A program made the translations under genes and the position numbers. DNA of 64,000 bases from an uncultured Alphaproteobacteria bacterium. GTDB taxonomy: Bacteria; Pseudomonadota; Alphaproteobacteria; UBA7985. The notes below the pieces were generated by a model. It searched no databases and was not told where the DNA came from. It saw only the letters and a program-made list of their open reading frames with translations. The DNA lies in assembly GCA_905479265.1 (NCBI GenBank), contig CAJQLX010000020.1:11906-75905 (forward strand). Reading direction: 5' to 3'. Below are positions 46,994 to 57,499 of the stretch, piece by piece. Numbering within the stretch: position 1 is the stretch's first letter; every line of letters starts with the position of its first letter.

Positions 46994-47194
46994 CCTGCGG
47001 TTGGCATGAAGCCGGGATCAAGCGGACGCGCGGCTCTCGGCTTCGCCGTGACCCACGCGGCGTTTTTCGCTCGGCCCGGCGCCCTTTTTCAAGGGCTTGG
47101 ACCGAGCCGCAGGGCGCGTGCGCCCGTGTGACAGGGCCAGCACCGACATCCTGACCCTGCAAAACGCTGCGCTTTGCAGGGATTTTGTGGATTC

Positions 47195-48355
47195 TTAGTG
47201 GTGGCGCTCGGAGACTTTGCCGTCTTCGAAGCCGATGAACAGGCGTCCAGCCAAAAGCTCTAACGCGGCGTCGCCGAACAAATCTCGACGCCACCCTGAT
47301 AGAGCTGCAACACCGGACTCGCTGCCGTCTTCTGCCAAGCGTTCCAGCTCTTCGGTGTTGGCGATGATGCGCTGTGCGACGCCGGCGTTTTCGGCCCTCG
47401 ACTTCAGCAATACCCTGAGCAGCGCCGCGCCTTGGGCGGCTGCGTCGGACAGCGGCTTGCGTTTTTTCAGCTTGGGCGCGTCATCACGGGATTTTTCCAG
47501 ACCTTCTTTGATGGCCTCCAAGATCGCGTGGCCCTGCTTGCCTTTGGCCGCATTTTCCGAGTAGCCGCGCACTTGACCCAAGGTTGCTGCATTGGTTGGC
47601 GCACTGGCGGCGATTTCCATGACGGTGTCGTCCCGGATCACGCGGTTGCGGGGCACGTCGCGGCGCTGGGCTTCGAGCTCGCGCCACTTGGCCACGGAAA
47701 CCAGCACGTTCAGGAACTGGGGCTTGTCGCCCCGTGGTTTGAGCCGGCGCCATGCGTCTTCGACGTTGGGTTGGTAGCGGGCAAGGTCCGCAATGGCGCT
47801 CATTTCTTCCTGCACCCAGCCTACGCGGTTTTCGCGTTCGAGTTGGGCGGTCAGCTCCACAAACACTTTGCGCAGGTGGGTCACGTCGCCAAGGGCGTAG
47901 TTGATTTGCGTTTCTGTCAGCGGGCGGCGGGACCAGTCGGTGTAGCGGGCGGTTTTATCCAGCTCTGCCCCGGCCAAGGCGCGGGCCAAGCGCTCATAGC
48001 CCACTTGCTCACCAAAGCCGCAGACCATGGCCGCGATTTGGGTGTCGAACAACGGCGAGGGCAAGGTGCCGGAGAGGTTGGCGAAGATCTCAAGATCCTG
48101 CCCGGCGGCGTGAAACACCTTGGGCATATCCGTGTCGTTCATCAGGGTAAACAGCGGCGTCAGGTCCATGCCGTCGGCCAAAGGATCGATGGCGACGGCT
48201 TCGTCATCGGTCGCGACCTGCACCAGACACAGCAGCGGATAATAGGTCTTTTCCCTCACAAATTCCGTATCGACGGTGAGGAAATCAGCGCTCTTGGCGC
48301 GCTCGCAAAAGGCCTCAAGGGCCGCTTGATCTTCGATCATGTCTGGATGGGTCAT
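47195..48355 (-). CDS. rnd: Ribonuclease D
   Basis: DEDDy 3'-5' exonuclease motifs (FLTVDTEF…, …YALGDVTHL…) followed by an HRDC domain. 386 aa. Confidence 0.85.
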   Translation of the reverse strand: MTHPDMIEDQAALEAFCERAKSADFLTVDTEFVREKTYYPLLCLVQVATDDEAVAIDPLADGMDLTPLFTLMNDTDMPKVFHAAGQDLEIFANLSGTLPSPLFDTQIAAMVCGFGEQVGYERLARALAGAELDKTARYTDWSRRPLTETQINYALGDVTHLRKVFVELTAQLERENRVGWVQEEMSAIADLARYQPNVEDAWRRLKPRGDKPQFLNVLVSVAKWRELEAQRRDVPRNRVIRDDTVMEIAASAPTNAATLGQVRGYSENAAKGKQGHAILEAIKEGLEKSRDDAPKLKKRKPLSDAAAQGAALLRVLLKSRAENAGVAQRIIANTEELERLAEDGSESGVAALSGWRRDLFGDAALELLAGRLFIGFEDGKVSERHH

Positions 48356-48401
48356 GCAGGGCTTTTAGCGCCGAAACCCCAGCAAGGCCAAGCCTTTGTG
48401 T

Positions 48402-49289
48402 TCAGGCCTCGTTTGCGGGCGCGCGTGCGGGGCGTGGTCGGGTGGCCAGCCAGACGCCGAAACTGGTCAAACCGATGCCGATCCATGTCGTCCAGCGCAT
48501 GGTGTCGCCAAACACCAGCCAGCTTGTGACCGCGACCAGTGATGGGATGAGATAGAAGAAACTCGCCACGTTGATGGCCGACTGCGACTGGATCAGCGTA
48601 TTGAGCAGGGCGACCGCGCCGATGCTGAGCACCACGATCAACCAGCCCAGCCAAAACAGATACTGGCCCGTGACGGTTGGCAGTTCGCGTTCGACAAAGA
48701 CGGTTATCGGGACGGTCACCAGCAGGGAGCCTGCGAACTGCCAGACCGCGCCGGCGCGCCAGTCAAAGGCGCGGACGAATTTCTTTTGATAAACCGATCC
48801 CACCGATATCCCGACCAGAGCCACCAATATGGCGTAGACGGCCCCGGTGGTGCCGACTTGTCCAGCGTCAAAAACAACCACCAACACGGTTCCAGCCAGC
48901 CCAAACACCAGCCCCAGCCACAGCACCACGGTGGTTCGCTCGGCCAGCAGCCAGATGGCCAGCAGGGCCGTCAGCAGGGGCTGAAGACCGACAATCAGCG
49001 CCGAAGTCGCCGCGCCCATGCCGTGTTCAACTGCCCAGAAGACGCCGCCCAGATACACGCCGTGGATCAGCGCGCCGGCGACCATCAAATGCCCGCGCTG
49101 CTGCCACGTTGCCGGCCAAGCCGCTCGGCTCAGCCATGCCAAGCCCGCGACCAGCAGCATGACGATAAAGAACCGGATCGACAATGTGGTCAGCGCTGGA
49201 CCGTGCGGCATGGTGCCTCGCGCACCGAGAAAACCAGTGTGCCACAGCAGGACAAAGGCGACAGGGATCAGCGGTGTAAAGCGGGTCAT
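48402..49289 (-). CDS. DMT-family (EamA-like) transporter
   Basis: Start at the internal MTRFTPLIP (49289). 10 TM helices as a duplicated 5-TM EamA pattern. The upstream 250 codons of the 548-aa ORF have no coding features. Confidence 0.7.
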   Translation of the reverse strand: MTRFTPLIPVAFVLLWHTGFLGARGTMPHGPALTTLSIRFFIVMLLVAGLAWLSRAAWPATWQQRGHLMVAGALIHGVYLGGVFWAVEHGMGAATSALIVGLQPLLTALLAIWLLAERTTVVLWLGLVFGLAGTVLVVVFDAGQVGTTGAVYAILVALVGISVGSVYQKKFVRAFDWRAGAVWQFAGSLLVTVPITVFVERELPTVTGQYLFWLGWLIVVLSIGAVALLNTLIQSQSAINVASFFYLIPSLVAVTSWLVFGDTMRWTTWIGIGLTSFGVWLATRPRPARAPANEA

Positions 49290-49541
49290 AGGGCGTCCGG
49301 ATGCTGTGCAAGCCCTCGTCTGAACCGAGAGTCCGGTTCTGTGTTGGGGCAAAGCGGTGCTGCTGTCCAGCGCGCGCGCAGACACCCCGCCTCGCATCTG
49401 GTGCACAGCCCGGCCGCGTGCTTGGCGTTTGTGGAATGGCGCACTCTGTCTTATTCCTGCGCGCGCAAAGACCACGGCAGCAGGCCTGTTTCGCCTGAGG
49501 CCGCTCGTCTGATCGAACACAGACAACTGGAAGCCCTTGCT

Positions 49542-51359
49542 ATGAGCGACTCTCTTCACCCCTTCCGCAGCCATACGTGCAGCGACCTGCGCGCCAGTGA
49601 TGTTGGCAGCACGGCCCGTGTTTCGGGCTGGATCAACCGCCGCCGGGAACACGCTGGCCCTTTGTTTATTGACCTGCGCGACCACTATGGCGTGACCCAG
49701 TGCGTCGTGCTGGAAAGCAGCCCGCATTACGAGATGCTTAAGCGCATCAAGCTGGAATCCGTTGTGACGCTCACCGGCCGCGTGATGAAGCGCGATGACG
49801 AGGCGATCAATGACAAGCTGGCCACCGGCGAAATCGAGCTCTACGTCGATGATGCGGTTGTTCAGTCCTCCTCCGATCAAGTGCCGTTGCAGGTGAATTC
49901 CAACGACGACATCAACGAAGATTTGCGCCTGACCTACCGCTACCTCGATTTGCGGCGGGAGAAGGTGCACGCGAACATCATGCTGCGGGCCAAGGTGATT
50001 GAAAGCCTGCGTAAGATGATGGTGGCGCAGGGCTTTACCGAATTCCAAACGCCGATCCTGACCGCGTCTTCACCAGAAGGCGCGCGCGATTTTCTGGTGC
50101 CCTCGCGCCTGAACCCCGGCAAGTTTTATGCGCTACCCCAAGCACCCCAGCAGTTCAAGCAGCTGTTGATGATGGCGGGTTTTGATCGCTACTTCCAAAT
50201 CGCACCGTGTTTCCGGGATGAAGACAGCCGCGCAGACCGCTCACCGGGTGAGTTCTATCAGCTCGACTTCGAGATGAGCTTTGTCACGCAGCAGGACGTC
50301 TTTGACGCCATCGAACCGGTGCTTCACGGCTTGTTCACGACGTTCCATGACGCCTCTGGCACGCCGCACAAAGTAACCCCGATGCCGTTCCCGCACATCG
50401 CCTACGACGAGTCCATGACCAAGTATGGTTCGGATAAGCCAGACTTGCGCAACCCGATCATCCTCGGCGACGTTACCGAGCATTTCGCAGGGTCCGGCTT
50501 CAAGATCTTCGCCAAGCTGATCGAAGAAAAGGACTTCAAAGTGATCGCCGTGCCGGGCAAGGGCGGGGGTTCGCGCGCCAAGTGTGACCGCATGGATTCT
50601 TGGGCGAAAAAGCAAGGCAAGCCGGGCTTGGGCTACATCTTCTGGCGGGCTGGCGAAGACGGCGCGGTCGAAGGTTCTGGCCCACTGGCTAAAAATATTG
50701 GCCCAGAGCGCACTGAGGCCATCCGGCAGCAGTTGGGGCTTGAGGCGGGTGATGCCTGTTTCTTCACCTGTGACAAGCGTCTGCCTGCGCTTCAGTTTGC
50801 TGGCCAAGCCCGCAGTGAAGCAGGTCGCGAATTGGGTCTGATCGAAGAAGGCGAGTTCAAGTTCGTCTGGATCGTTGACTTCCCCATGTTCGAGGAAGAC
50901 GAAGACACGGGCAAGATCGAGTTCTCGCACAACCCATTCTCTATGCCACAAGGCGGGATGGATGCGCTGGAAACCCAAGATCCGCTGGATATCAAAGCCT
51001 TCCAGTACGACATCGTTTGCAATGGCATTGAGCTGTGTTCTGGCGCGATCCGGAACCACTTGCCCGAAGTGATGTACAAAGCCTTCTCCATCGCTGGCTA
51101 TGGTCAGGACGTGGTCGAGGAAGAGTTTGGCGGCATGCTAAGCGCGATGAAGTTCGGCGCGCCGCCACACGGCGGTGCTGCACCGGGTGTGGACCGGATG
51201 GTCATGCTGTTGGCCGACGAGCCGAACATCCGCGAAGTGATTGCCTTCCCGTTGAACGGGCAGGGCCAAGACCTGATGATGCAGGCCCCCTCCGAGGTCA
51301 GCACGCAGCAGCTTGATGATCTGCACATCAAATCGGTTCCGCCGCTGGAAATCACCTAA
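49542..51359 (+). CDS. aspS: Aspartate--tRNA ligase
   Basis: Start [13 protein letters not shown]… N-terminal OB anticodon-binding domain. Class II motifs [18 protein letters not shown] (motif 2) and [14 protein letters not shown] (motif 3). 605 aa. Confidence 0.95.
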   Translation: MSDSLHPFRSHTCSDLRASDVGSTARVSGWINRRREHAGPLFIDLRDHYGVTQCVVLESSPHYEMLKRIKLESVVTLTGRVMKRDDEAINDKLATGEIELYVDDAVVQSSSDQVPLQVNSNDDINEDLRLTYRYLDLRREKVHANIMLRAKVIESLRKMMVAQGFTEFQTPILTASSPEGARDFLVPSRLNPGKFYALPQAPQQFKQLLMMAGFDRYFQIAPCFRDEDSRADRSPGEFYQLDFEMSFVTQQDVFDAIEPVLHGLFTTFHDASGTPHKVTPMPFPHIAYDESMTKYGSDKPDLRNPIILGDVTEHFAGSGFKIFAKLIEEKDFKVIAVPGKGGGSRAKCDRMDSWAKKQGKPGLGYIFWRAGEDGAVEGSGPLAKNIGPERTEAIRQQLGLEAGDACFFTCDKRLPALQFAGQARSEAGRELGLIEEGEFKFVWIVDFPMFEEDEDTGKIEFSHNPFSMPQGGMDALETQDPLDIKAFQYDIVCNGIELCSGAIRNHLPEVMYKAFSIAGYGQDVVEEEFGGMLSAMKFGAPPHGGAAPGVDRMVMLLADEPNIREVIAFPLNGQGQDLMMQAPSEVSTQQLDDLHIKSVPPLEIT

Positions 51360-51382
51360 GCGGCTTTGTCCGTCCTGCATCG

Positions 51383-51412
51383 GCCTCCACCCCCTTGGAA
51401 ACAAGGGGTGGA
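51383..51412. other. Perfect 13-bp-stem hairpin downstream of aspS (probable intrinsic terminator lacking a U-tract)
   Basis: CCTCCACCCCTTG-GAAA-CAAGGGGTGGAGG, 24 bp after the aspS stop. Confidence 0.5.
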
Positions 51413-51617
51413 GGCCGCCAAGGCCTCAAGATAAAGGCTTACCAAAAATGCTTACGCCGACGGCGCGCCCTCTTTTTTAACGATGAGAGTGCGCTGTGGA
51501 TGTGCGTCATCTTGCACATGTCGCAAATTAAACTTTCGGTGGTCGTGTCTCGCAAGCTGGCACCTTTGCAAAGCGATAGCTCACTAGCTGTAAAACAGTC
51601 TATGAGAGCCACCGGAC

Positions 51618-52760
51618 ATGACTTACCCTTCCGATCCAAATCGCCCTGAATTTGCCTTTGGTGCCCGTGCGCGCCAATCCCCGTATTTTGAGCGGGCTCG
51701 GTCAGCGGGTGCGTGCATGTACACGCTCTATAATCACATGGTCATGCCGGTCAGTTACGGTCAGCCCGGTGCTGAATACGACCGCCTGATGAACCATGCT
51801 TCGGTTTGGGATGTCGCCGCAGAGCGACAGGTCCAACTCAAAGGCCCCGACGCGCAAAAGCTGGCGCAGATGATGTCTCCCCGCGACGTGGCTAAGTGTA
51901 AGACTGGGCAGGGCTTTTACACGCCTATCCTCAACAAAGCAGGCGGTGTCGTGAACGACCCTATTCTGCTCAAGCTCGAAGACGATTTGCTCTGGCTTTC
52001 CATCGCCGACAGCGATGTCCGCCTCTACGCGATGGGGTTGGCTGATGCCTATGATCTGGACGTCGAGGTCTCCGAACCCGATGCCTCACCGCTGGCGGTC
52101 CAAGGCCCAAAGGCAGAGGATGTCATCGCCCACGCCTTTGGCGAGCACGTGCGCGACATCCGGTACTTCTGGTTCATCCAGACGGAATTGCAGGGCATTC
52201 CCGTCGTGCTGCAGCGGTCGGGTTGGTCTAAGCAGGGCGGCTTCGAGATTTACTTGCGCGATGGCTCTCGCGGCGCTGAGCTGTGGGACATCATCTGGGC
52301 TGCGGGTGAAGAGATCGTCGGCGAACCCTGGGGCCCCGGCGCGCCTAACGCGATTGAGCGCATCGAAAGCGGCCTGTTCAGCTGGGGCACCGACTTTGAT
52401 GAACAGAACAACCCCTATGAGTGCGGCTTGGGCAAGTGGTGCAAGCTGGACGGTGAGCACGATTTCCTCGCCAAAGCGGCGCTGATCCGCATCCAGGAAG
52501 AAGGCGCGCGCGAAGCGTTGGTTGGACTGCAATTGAATGCCGGTGAGCCTTTGCCGAGCGTCACAAAACCGATGCCGATTACGGATGCATCTGGAGCCGT
52601 GATCGGAACCTTGCGCGCGTCCGTCTGGTCGCCGCGACTGAACAAGAACATTGGTCTTGGCCGCATCGCAAGCGCGGAGTCCGGTTTGGGCAACACGCTC
52701 AAGGCAGACCTTGGATCTGGGGTCGTTGAGGCGACCGTGGTCGGCGTTCCGTTCGCCTAA
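51618..52760 (+). CDS. Glycine-cleavage-T (GcvT) family aminomethyltransferase, DmdA-like
   Basis: GcvT fold blocks (…LWDVAAERQVQLKGPDA…, …FYTPILNKAGGVVNDPILLKL…, …AVQGPKAEDV…). 380 aa. Confidence 0.7.
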   Translation: MTYPSDPNRPEFAFGARARQSPYFERARSAGACMYTLYNHMVMPVSYGQPGAEYDRLMNHASVWDVAAERQVQLKGPDAQKLAQMMSPRDVAKCKTGQGFYTPILNKAGGVVNDPILLKLEDDLLWLSIADSDVRLYAMGLADAYDLDVEVSEPDASPLAVQGPKAEDVIAHAFGEHVRDIRYFWFIQTELQGIPVVLQRSGWSKQGGFEIYLRDGSRGAELWDIIWAAGEEIVGEPWGPGAPNAIERIESGLFSWGTDFDEQNNPYECGLGKWCKLDGEHDFLAKAALIRIQEEGAREALVGLQLNAGEPLPSVTKPMPITDASGAVIGTLRASVWSPRLNKNIGLGRIASAESGLGNTLKADLGSGVVEATVVGVPFA

Positions 52761-52796
52761 GCGCAGCGGGCGGCATCCAACAGCCGCGCCAAAGAC

Positions 52797-52826
52797 AAAA
52801 GGGGGCCGCAGCCCCCTTTTTTTATG
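52797..52826. terminator. Bidirectional rho-independent terminator
   Basis: AAAAGGGGGCCGCAGCCCCCTTTTTTTAT, between the convergent GcvT-family and VWA genes. Confidence 0.75.
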
Positions 52827-52843
52827 CCTGCGGCATCATTGGC

Positions 52844-55294
52844 TTAGAGCGCGATTTCTACGCTTGTCAGGTTCAGCGCCTTTAAACGCTCGATGACATC
52901 ACCGCCCGAGGTCCGCTTCACCGGCGTTGGGTTGCGCCGGTCGGGGCTCAAGTGCAGGATTGTATCGGGCGCTTCAAGGGCAGAGTAGCGGTCCCCGTGG
53001 TCGCCACGGTTGGTGCCTCGGTGGTCGCCGCGGCGTTCGTCATTGAGTGCGCCGCTGCCGCACTGATGATTGCGCGGCTGAGGCTGCTGCGATAGGTCAC
53101 CTTCCTCGCCGTACCCGTCACCGTACTCATCGTCGCGTGGCAATCCTTCATGGTATTGCTTGAACTCATCGCGCCGCCCTGCGCCCGCACCGTACCCGCG
53201 CCGATCGTCGTGAAACTCACCGAAATCATGGCGACACGCCTTCATGGTCTGCAAGATGTCTTCCAGCCGAGCAATCGTGGTTTCCTGCTCCACAATTCGC
53301 GCTTCCAAAGCGATGATCTTTGTCGCGCCCGCTTGGGCGTCTTCTTGCGCCTGAAACAGGCTGAGCTGCAGGGCTTGATTGCCTTTTTGCGCGTTATCGA
53401 GCGCCTTGTTCGCTGCGGTAAGCTTGGCTGAAACCGTGCTCAGTTCCGCGCGCGTCTGGTCCAGTTCGATCCGCAGCTGATCTTTCTCGCTCTGACAGTT
53501 CTCCAACGCGGCGGTGAAGCCACCACGCTCCCCGATGGCCGAATCCAACGACGCTTGGCATTGCTGGATTTCTGCGGCCTGCGTCGCGTTCTCGGCTTCC
53601 AACACGGCAATGCGCGCTTTCAGCTGCTCCCGGTCCGATTGCAGCTCGGTCAGTGTTGTCAGCAGCGCCGAGTGCTTGTTGCGCTCTTCCTTGTATTTCT
53701 TGCGGTATTGGTCGCGCTGCTCTTGCGTGGCGGCCAGTTCCGTGCCCAAGGCCTCAACTTGGCCTTGCAGTGCGCCAATATTCGTTTTCAGATCCGCGAT
53801 CATGGCGTCTGATGTGGTGTCGGCGTCAGCCTGTTTGCGCTGGCATTGCTCACGCTCGGCTTTCAGCTTTTTGGTGTGCTCTTTGTGGTGCGTGGTCAGG
53901 TCCCCAATCGTGCGGTCACACTGGTTCTTGAGTTCATTGGCGCGCGCTGTGCTGCTCGCCATTTGCTCAACCAACGAAGCCTCCAGAATCCCGATCTTTT
54001 CTCGCAAGCTCATCTGTTCCCGGCTCAGGTCGAATACCCGCTGCTTCAATTCAGCGTTCTGCAGCAGCACGTCTCTGATTTCCTGTGTCTTGCGACCCAG
54101 GCTTTTGTGGAAGCGATCCGAAACGCCGCGCAGACGCAGGATTTCTTTCTCCATCCCAAGGATGACGTCGTCCCGGTCCCCAATGGTCTGATTGGCCTCT
54201 TCCAGTCTCACCTCAAGGACGCGGATCAACTGGCGCGCGTCGGCCAGTTCACCCGTGAGGGCATCGATTTTTGCGCTGAGTTGGCCAATGGTCTCGGTAA
54301 TCTGGAACAGCGAAAAGTCCTGATCCAGATGGTCCGCCAAGTCGTCCTGTATGGTTGCCAGATGTTGGTTCGCGGCGGTTATGTCTCGAATGACCTGACC
54401 CAACTGTCGCTCAATCGTCTCGGTCTGCGCGCTGTGGCCGTCCATCTGGCTGAGCAAGCGCGTCAGGGTCTGTTCCAAAGCTACGGTGTGCGACTCTGCT
54501 TGCGCCACGCGGGTCAGCACGCCCAGCAAAGTCCCAACGCTGGCCGGGTCATCGGCGTGGGCGAAGACGCCGCCGGTGTTGTTGGCCATACAGCGCAGGC
54601 TGGGCCGGTCACTGCGGGGCGCGTTGACGGACAGAACATGGACGGTAAAGCCTTCATTGGCCAAATCAATCATGCGCTCACACACGTTTTTTGGCGTGTC
54701 GGGGCATTGATCGCGGCCATCGGAAATCAGTACGATCGACCCGCCACTAAAGCCCTCAGACCGCATGATTTCTGCTGCGGCCTGAACAGACGACCACAGG
54801 GGGGAGCCTTGCGAAGACGGGCTGTTGGCAACGGCCTGCCAGCTCTTGAGGTCTCGTGCGCTGGGCAGGCGGATTTCGCCTTGGCGCGTTGAGTACGCGT
54901 GGGTGGGCCAACACGTTCCCTGTGCCTCGCCGCCATAGCGCAGAACGTCCACATCGGCTTCGCGCATCAACAGTGGCATCACGGTGCCAAAGGCCTCAGC
55001 CGCGACTTCCGCCTTGGATACCGGCGCCGATGCACTCATCGACGACAGCATGGACCGTGACCCATCATAGATCACCGCCACGCGGGGACGTTGACGGTTT
55101 GGCTGGACTTGCACAGGCAGGGACTGCAACAGGCGCATGATTTGGTGCAGCTCTGCTGTATTTACCGGCGCAATCGCCATGTCCCGCCCCTTGTCGGACG
55201 GCGGTTGCATGCGTTCAGCCTGCACCCCGACGGGCCCAAGAAACACCAGCCCCACGAGGACCAACACGGTCCACCTTCTCACTTTACTGAACAT
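52844..55294 (-). CDS. Secreted von Willebrand factor A (VWA) domain protein with about 400-aa coiled-coil and His/Arg/Asp/Gly-rich disordered C-terminus
   Basis: Signal peptide MFSKVRRWTVLVLVGLVFLGPVGVQA. VWA/MIDAS-like DxSxS (VIYDGSRSM) with …SPLWSSV… and …LISDGRD… Long heptad-rich segment (res ~270-690). Tail contains RGDHRGTNRGDHGDRY. Confidence 0.7.
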   Translation of the reverse strand: MFSKVRRWTVLVLVGLVFLGPVGVQAERMQPPSDKGRDMAIAPVNTAELHQIMRLLQSLPVQVQPNRQRPRVAVIYDGSRSMLSSMSASAPVSKAEVAAEAFGTVMPLLMREADVDVLRYGGEAQGTCWPTHAYSTRQGEIRLPSARDLKSWQAVANSPSSQGSPLWSSVQAAAEIMRSEGFSGGSIVLISDGRDQCPDTPKNVCERMIDLANEGFTVHVLSVNAPRSDRPSLRCMANNTGGVFAHADDPASVGTLLGVLTRVAQAESHTVALEQTLTRLLSQMDGHSAQTETIERQLGQVIRDITAANQHLATIQDDLADHLDQDFSLFQITETIGQLSAKIDALTGELADARQLIRVLEVRLEEANQTIGDRDDVILGMEKEILRLRGVSDRFHKSLGRKTQEIRDVLLQNAELKQRVFDLSREQMSLREKIGILEASLVEQMASSTARANELKNQCDRTIGDLTTHHKEHTKKLKAEREQCQRKQADADTTSDAMIADLKTNIGALQGQVEALGTELAATQEQRDQYRKKYKEERNKHSALLTTLTELQSDREQLKARIAVLEAENATQAAEIQQCQASLDSAIGERGGFTAALENCQSEKDQLRIELDQTRAELSTVSAKLTAANKALDNAQKGNQALQLSLFQAQEDAQAGATKIIALEARIVEQETTIARLEDILQTMKACRHDFGEFHDDRRGYGAGAGRRDEFKQYHEGLPRDDEYGDGYGEEGDLSQQPQPRNHQCGSGALNDERRGDHRGTNRGDHGDRYSALEAPDTILHLSPDRRNPTPVKRTSGGDVIERLKALNLTSVEIAL

Positions 55295-55664
55295 CGCTCT
55301 ACCATCCCACGCCTTGATGAATTCAGGGCTGGCAGATCAAAGACAGCCCGTTCCCCATGTTATGCGTTCTTTCTCGATAGATTGAGCCTTGAATAGCGCG
55401 CTTTGGTTGAGCCGCTGTGGAGGGTTTTCAATAAATTGTGGATAAATGTCGTGTAATCTTTTTTAGATCATATCTTGAGCGGAGGCCCACAGCCCGCAAT
55501 CCCCGCAATCGCCCAATCGCGTGCTTATACGCGCGCCAAACGGTTCAGATTCTTTGGGCTTTCAGGCCGCCGGCGGTTGTCCTTGCGTCCTTGGCCGATG
55601 TACCGTGGCCGCACGCATCAGTGGCTTTCACCGCACCTTGAAACGGATAAGGATACTGCCAATC

Positions 55665-56213
55665 ATGATTGGATGGATATTAACCCGGCCTCTCGCCCTT
55701 CTAACCGGTGTCGTCGGCGGGGCCGCAGCGTCTCAAGTGCCAACCTTTCAAAACGCCTATCTCACGTATTTGCAAGGGCGCGTGGACGAAGCCAACCGAA
55801 CCGCTCAGATCGCCCAGCAGGAACTCAGCCGCGCCATGGAAACCATGGGCGTGGCCAGCGAAGAGGCGCTCAAGACCGCTGTGGAACAGAGCGAAGGAAT
55901 GGCAGCTGCGGCCTTGCAAAGCTCCATAACCGCTTGGGACTCTTTGGTTGAGCGCGCAGCGTGGCTGCAAGCGACCATCACCGATATGACCAGTCAGCAG
56001 GCCTTTGAACGTCTGATCAAGCTGCCGCTGAATCTGCGCCCGGAATTTGTGCAAGGGACTTTGCGTAATTTCGAGATGGGCATCGCCTTTACCCTCGAAA
56101 GCGCCGTGATGGTGCTCAGTGCGGCTTTGCTGGCCTATTTCATCGCACGACTGGTGGCACGGCTTTTCTGGCGGCTGGTCCGCCCCAAGCCAATGACCCC
56201 GCAGAAGGGCTAG
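55665..56213 (+). CDS. DUF2937 family membrane protein
   Basis: Internal start MIGWILTRPLALLTGVVGGAAA; ATG confirmed at 55665. C-terminal TM helix. Confidence 0.5.
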   Translation: MIGWILTRPLALLTGVVGGAAASQVPTFQNAYLTYLQGRVDEANRTAQIAQQELSRAMETMGVASEEALKTAVEQSEGMAAAALQSSITAWDSLVERAAWLQATITDMTSQQAFERLIKLPLNLRPEFVQGTLRNFEMGIAFTLESAVMVLSAALLAYFIARLVARLFWRLVRPKPMTPQKG

Positions 56214-56216
56214 ATT

Positions 56217-57257
56217 TTGGCACTGCGCATGCTCGAAATCGTTGGGGACACCCAGACGTTGGCCCGCTGCCGCAACGTGCTGGACCAGCGTCGCGTGACG
56301 GATGTCTGGCAGCTCACCGGGGCTGTGCATACCCACAACGAAGACGGCGGCGCCCCGCCCGAAGCGGACGACATTCGCCCACCAGATCGCGGTTCACTGC
56401 GCGCGTTGATCCAGCAAGGCGACCAACAAGGGATCCTCGATGCCCTCTCGGCGGTTGTCTCCAGTGACGCCAAAGCTCGGATTGTCTTGCTGCCCGTGGA
56501 CGCAACGGAACCGGAACCAGCCCTGTCCGAGGCTGAGGACTTTCGCCAGCGGATCAGCACCCCGCGCCAGGTGCTCTATTCCACCATCGCCAGCGGCGGC
56601 AAACCGACCCTGAGCTATTACGCCTATGTTGTCTTGGCCACGTTGGTCGCGGCTGTGGGTTTGCTGACCGATTCTGTTGCCGTTGTGATCGGCGCGATGG
56701 TGATCGCCCCCTTGCTTGGGCCGCTTTTGGCGCTGGCCTTTGGCTCGACATTGGGCGATGCCGCGCTGATCCGGCGTTCCCTGATGTCTGCATCCTCGGG
56801 CATCGGTCTGGCCCTTGCCTTGTCGTTTGGCGCCGGTGTTTTGTTTCCATTGGACGTCGAAACACAGGAAATCACCAGCCGGCTGGGCGTAGGCTTGGAC
56901 GGTTTGTTGGTGGCCATCGCATCGGGTGCCGCCGGTGCGCTGGCCGCGTCTCGGGGCACGCCGGGGGCGCTTGTCGGGGTCATGGTCGCTGTGGCGATCT
57001 TACCGCCAACCACCGTGGTTGGGCTCATGCTGGGGCAGGGGCGGATCATGGATGCTTGGGGCGCGTTGCAATTGCTCGGCTTGAACATCGCTGGTTTACA
57101 GCTCGCCGCTCAGGCTGTTTTTGTCGCCAATGGCATTCGTCCGGGCCGTTGGTGGGAGAAACGGGGCGCGCGGCAATCGCGCGTCGTTTCAACGCTGGTG
57201 TCCGGTACAGTGGTGCTGGTGTTCTTGGTCGTCTTTTTCACGCGCGATTTCAGTTGA
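56217..57257 (+). CDS. DUF389 (TIGR00341) family membrane protein
   Basis: N-terminal soluble domain followed by 6-7 TM helices with the typical Gly/Ala-rich repeats. TTG start at 56217, or ATG at 56229. Confidence 0.6.
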   Translation: MALRMLEIVGDTQTLARCRNVLDQRRVTDVWQLTGAVHTHNEDGGAPPEADDIRPPDRGSLRALIQQGDQQGILDALSAVVSSDAKARIVLLPVDATEPEPALSEAEDFRQRISTPRQVLYSTIASGGKPTLSYYAYVVLATLVAAVGLLTDSVAVVIGAMVIAPLLGPLLALAFGSTLGDAALIRRSLMSASSGIGLALALSFGAGVLFPLDVETQEITSRLGVGLDGLLVAIASGAAGALAASRGTPGALVGVMVAVAILPPTTVVGLMLGQGRIMDAWGALQLLGLNIAGLQLAAQAVFVANGIRPGRWWEKRGARQSRVVSTLVSGTVVLVFLVVFFTRDFS

Positions 57258-57434
57258 ACGATCACCGGCGGCGCTGGGGCGCAAAAAACCTTCTGTTTGA
57301 CTCAGAGGTTCAGCTCGCCTGAACCTCTGCCTGACTGGCGAAGTCTAGGGTGTGATCGGTCAAGGCTGCGCAGCACCGACGCAGTCGGCTTGGCCTTGAC
57401 CGATCGAGGGGCAAAGCCCCTGATCGTCTTGTGG

Positions 57435-57485
57435 AAAAAGGGGAGGCGGTAGCCGACCGGCGACACTGTCGCCGACCCCCTTTGT
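57435..57485. terminator. Bidirectional terminator between DUF389 gene and leuD
   Basis: AAAAAGGGG…CGGCGACACTGTCGCCG…CCCCCTTTGTT: nested GC-rich palindrome flanked by an A-tract and T-tract. Confidence 0.5.
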
Positions 57486-57499
57486 TCCAACACAGATCC

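Noticed and set aside
48402-50048. 548-aa ORF implying a large N-terminal extension on the DMT transporter.
   Set aside because: The upstream 250 codons are Arg/Ala-rich with no features and are antisense to the aspS leader region. The EamA-type protein starts cleanly at MTRFTPLIP (49289).
51360-51617. Looked for a glycine, THF or SAM riboswitch in the AT-rich leader of the GcvT-family gene.
   Set aside because: I could not recognise the conserved cores by eye (e.g. glycine aptamer GGAGAG…CACCG, SAM-II pseudoknot). This needs covariance-model scanning and is left unassigned.
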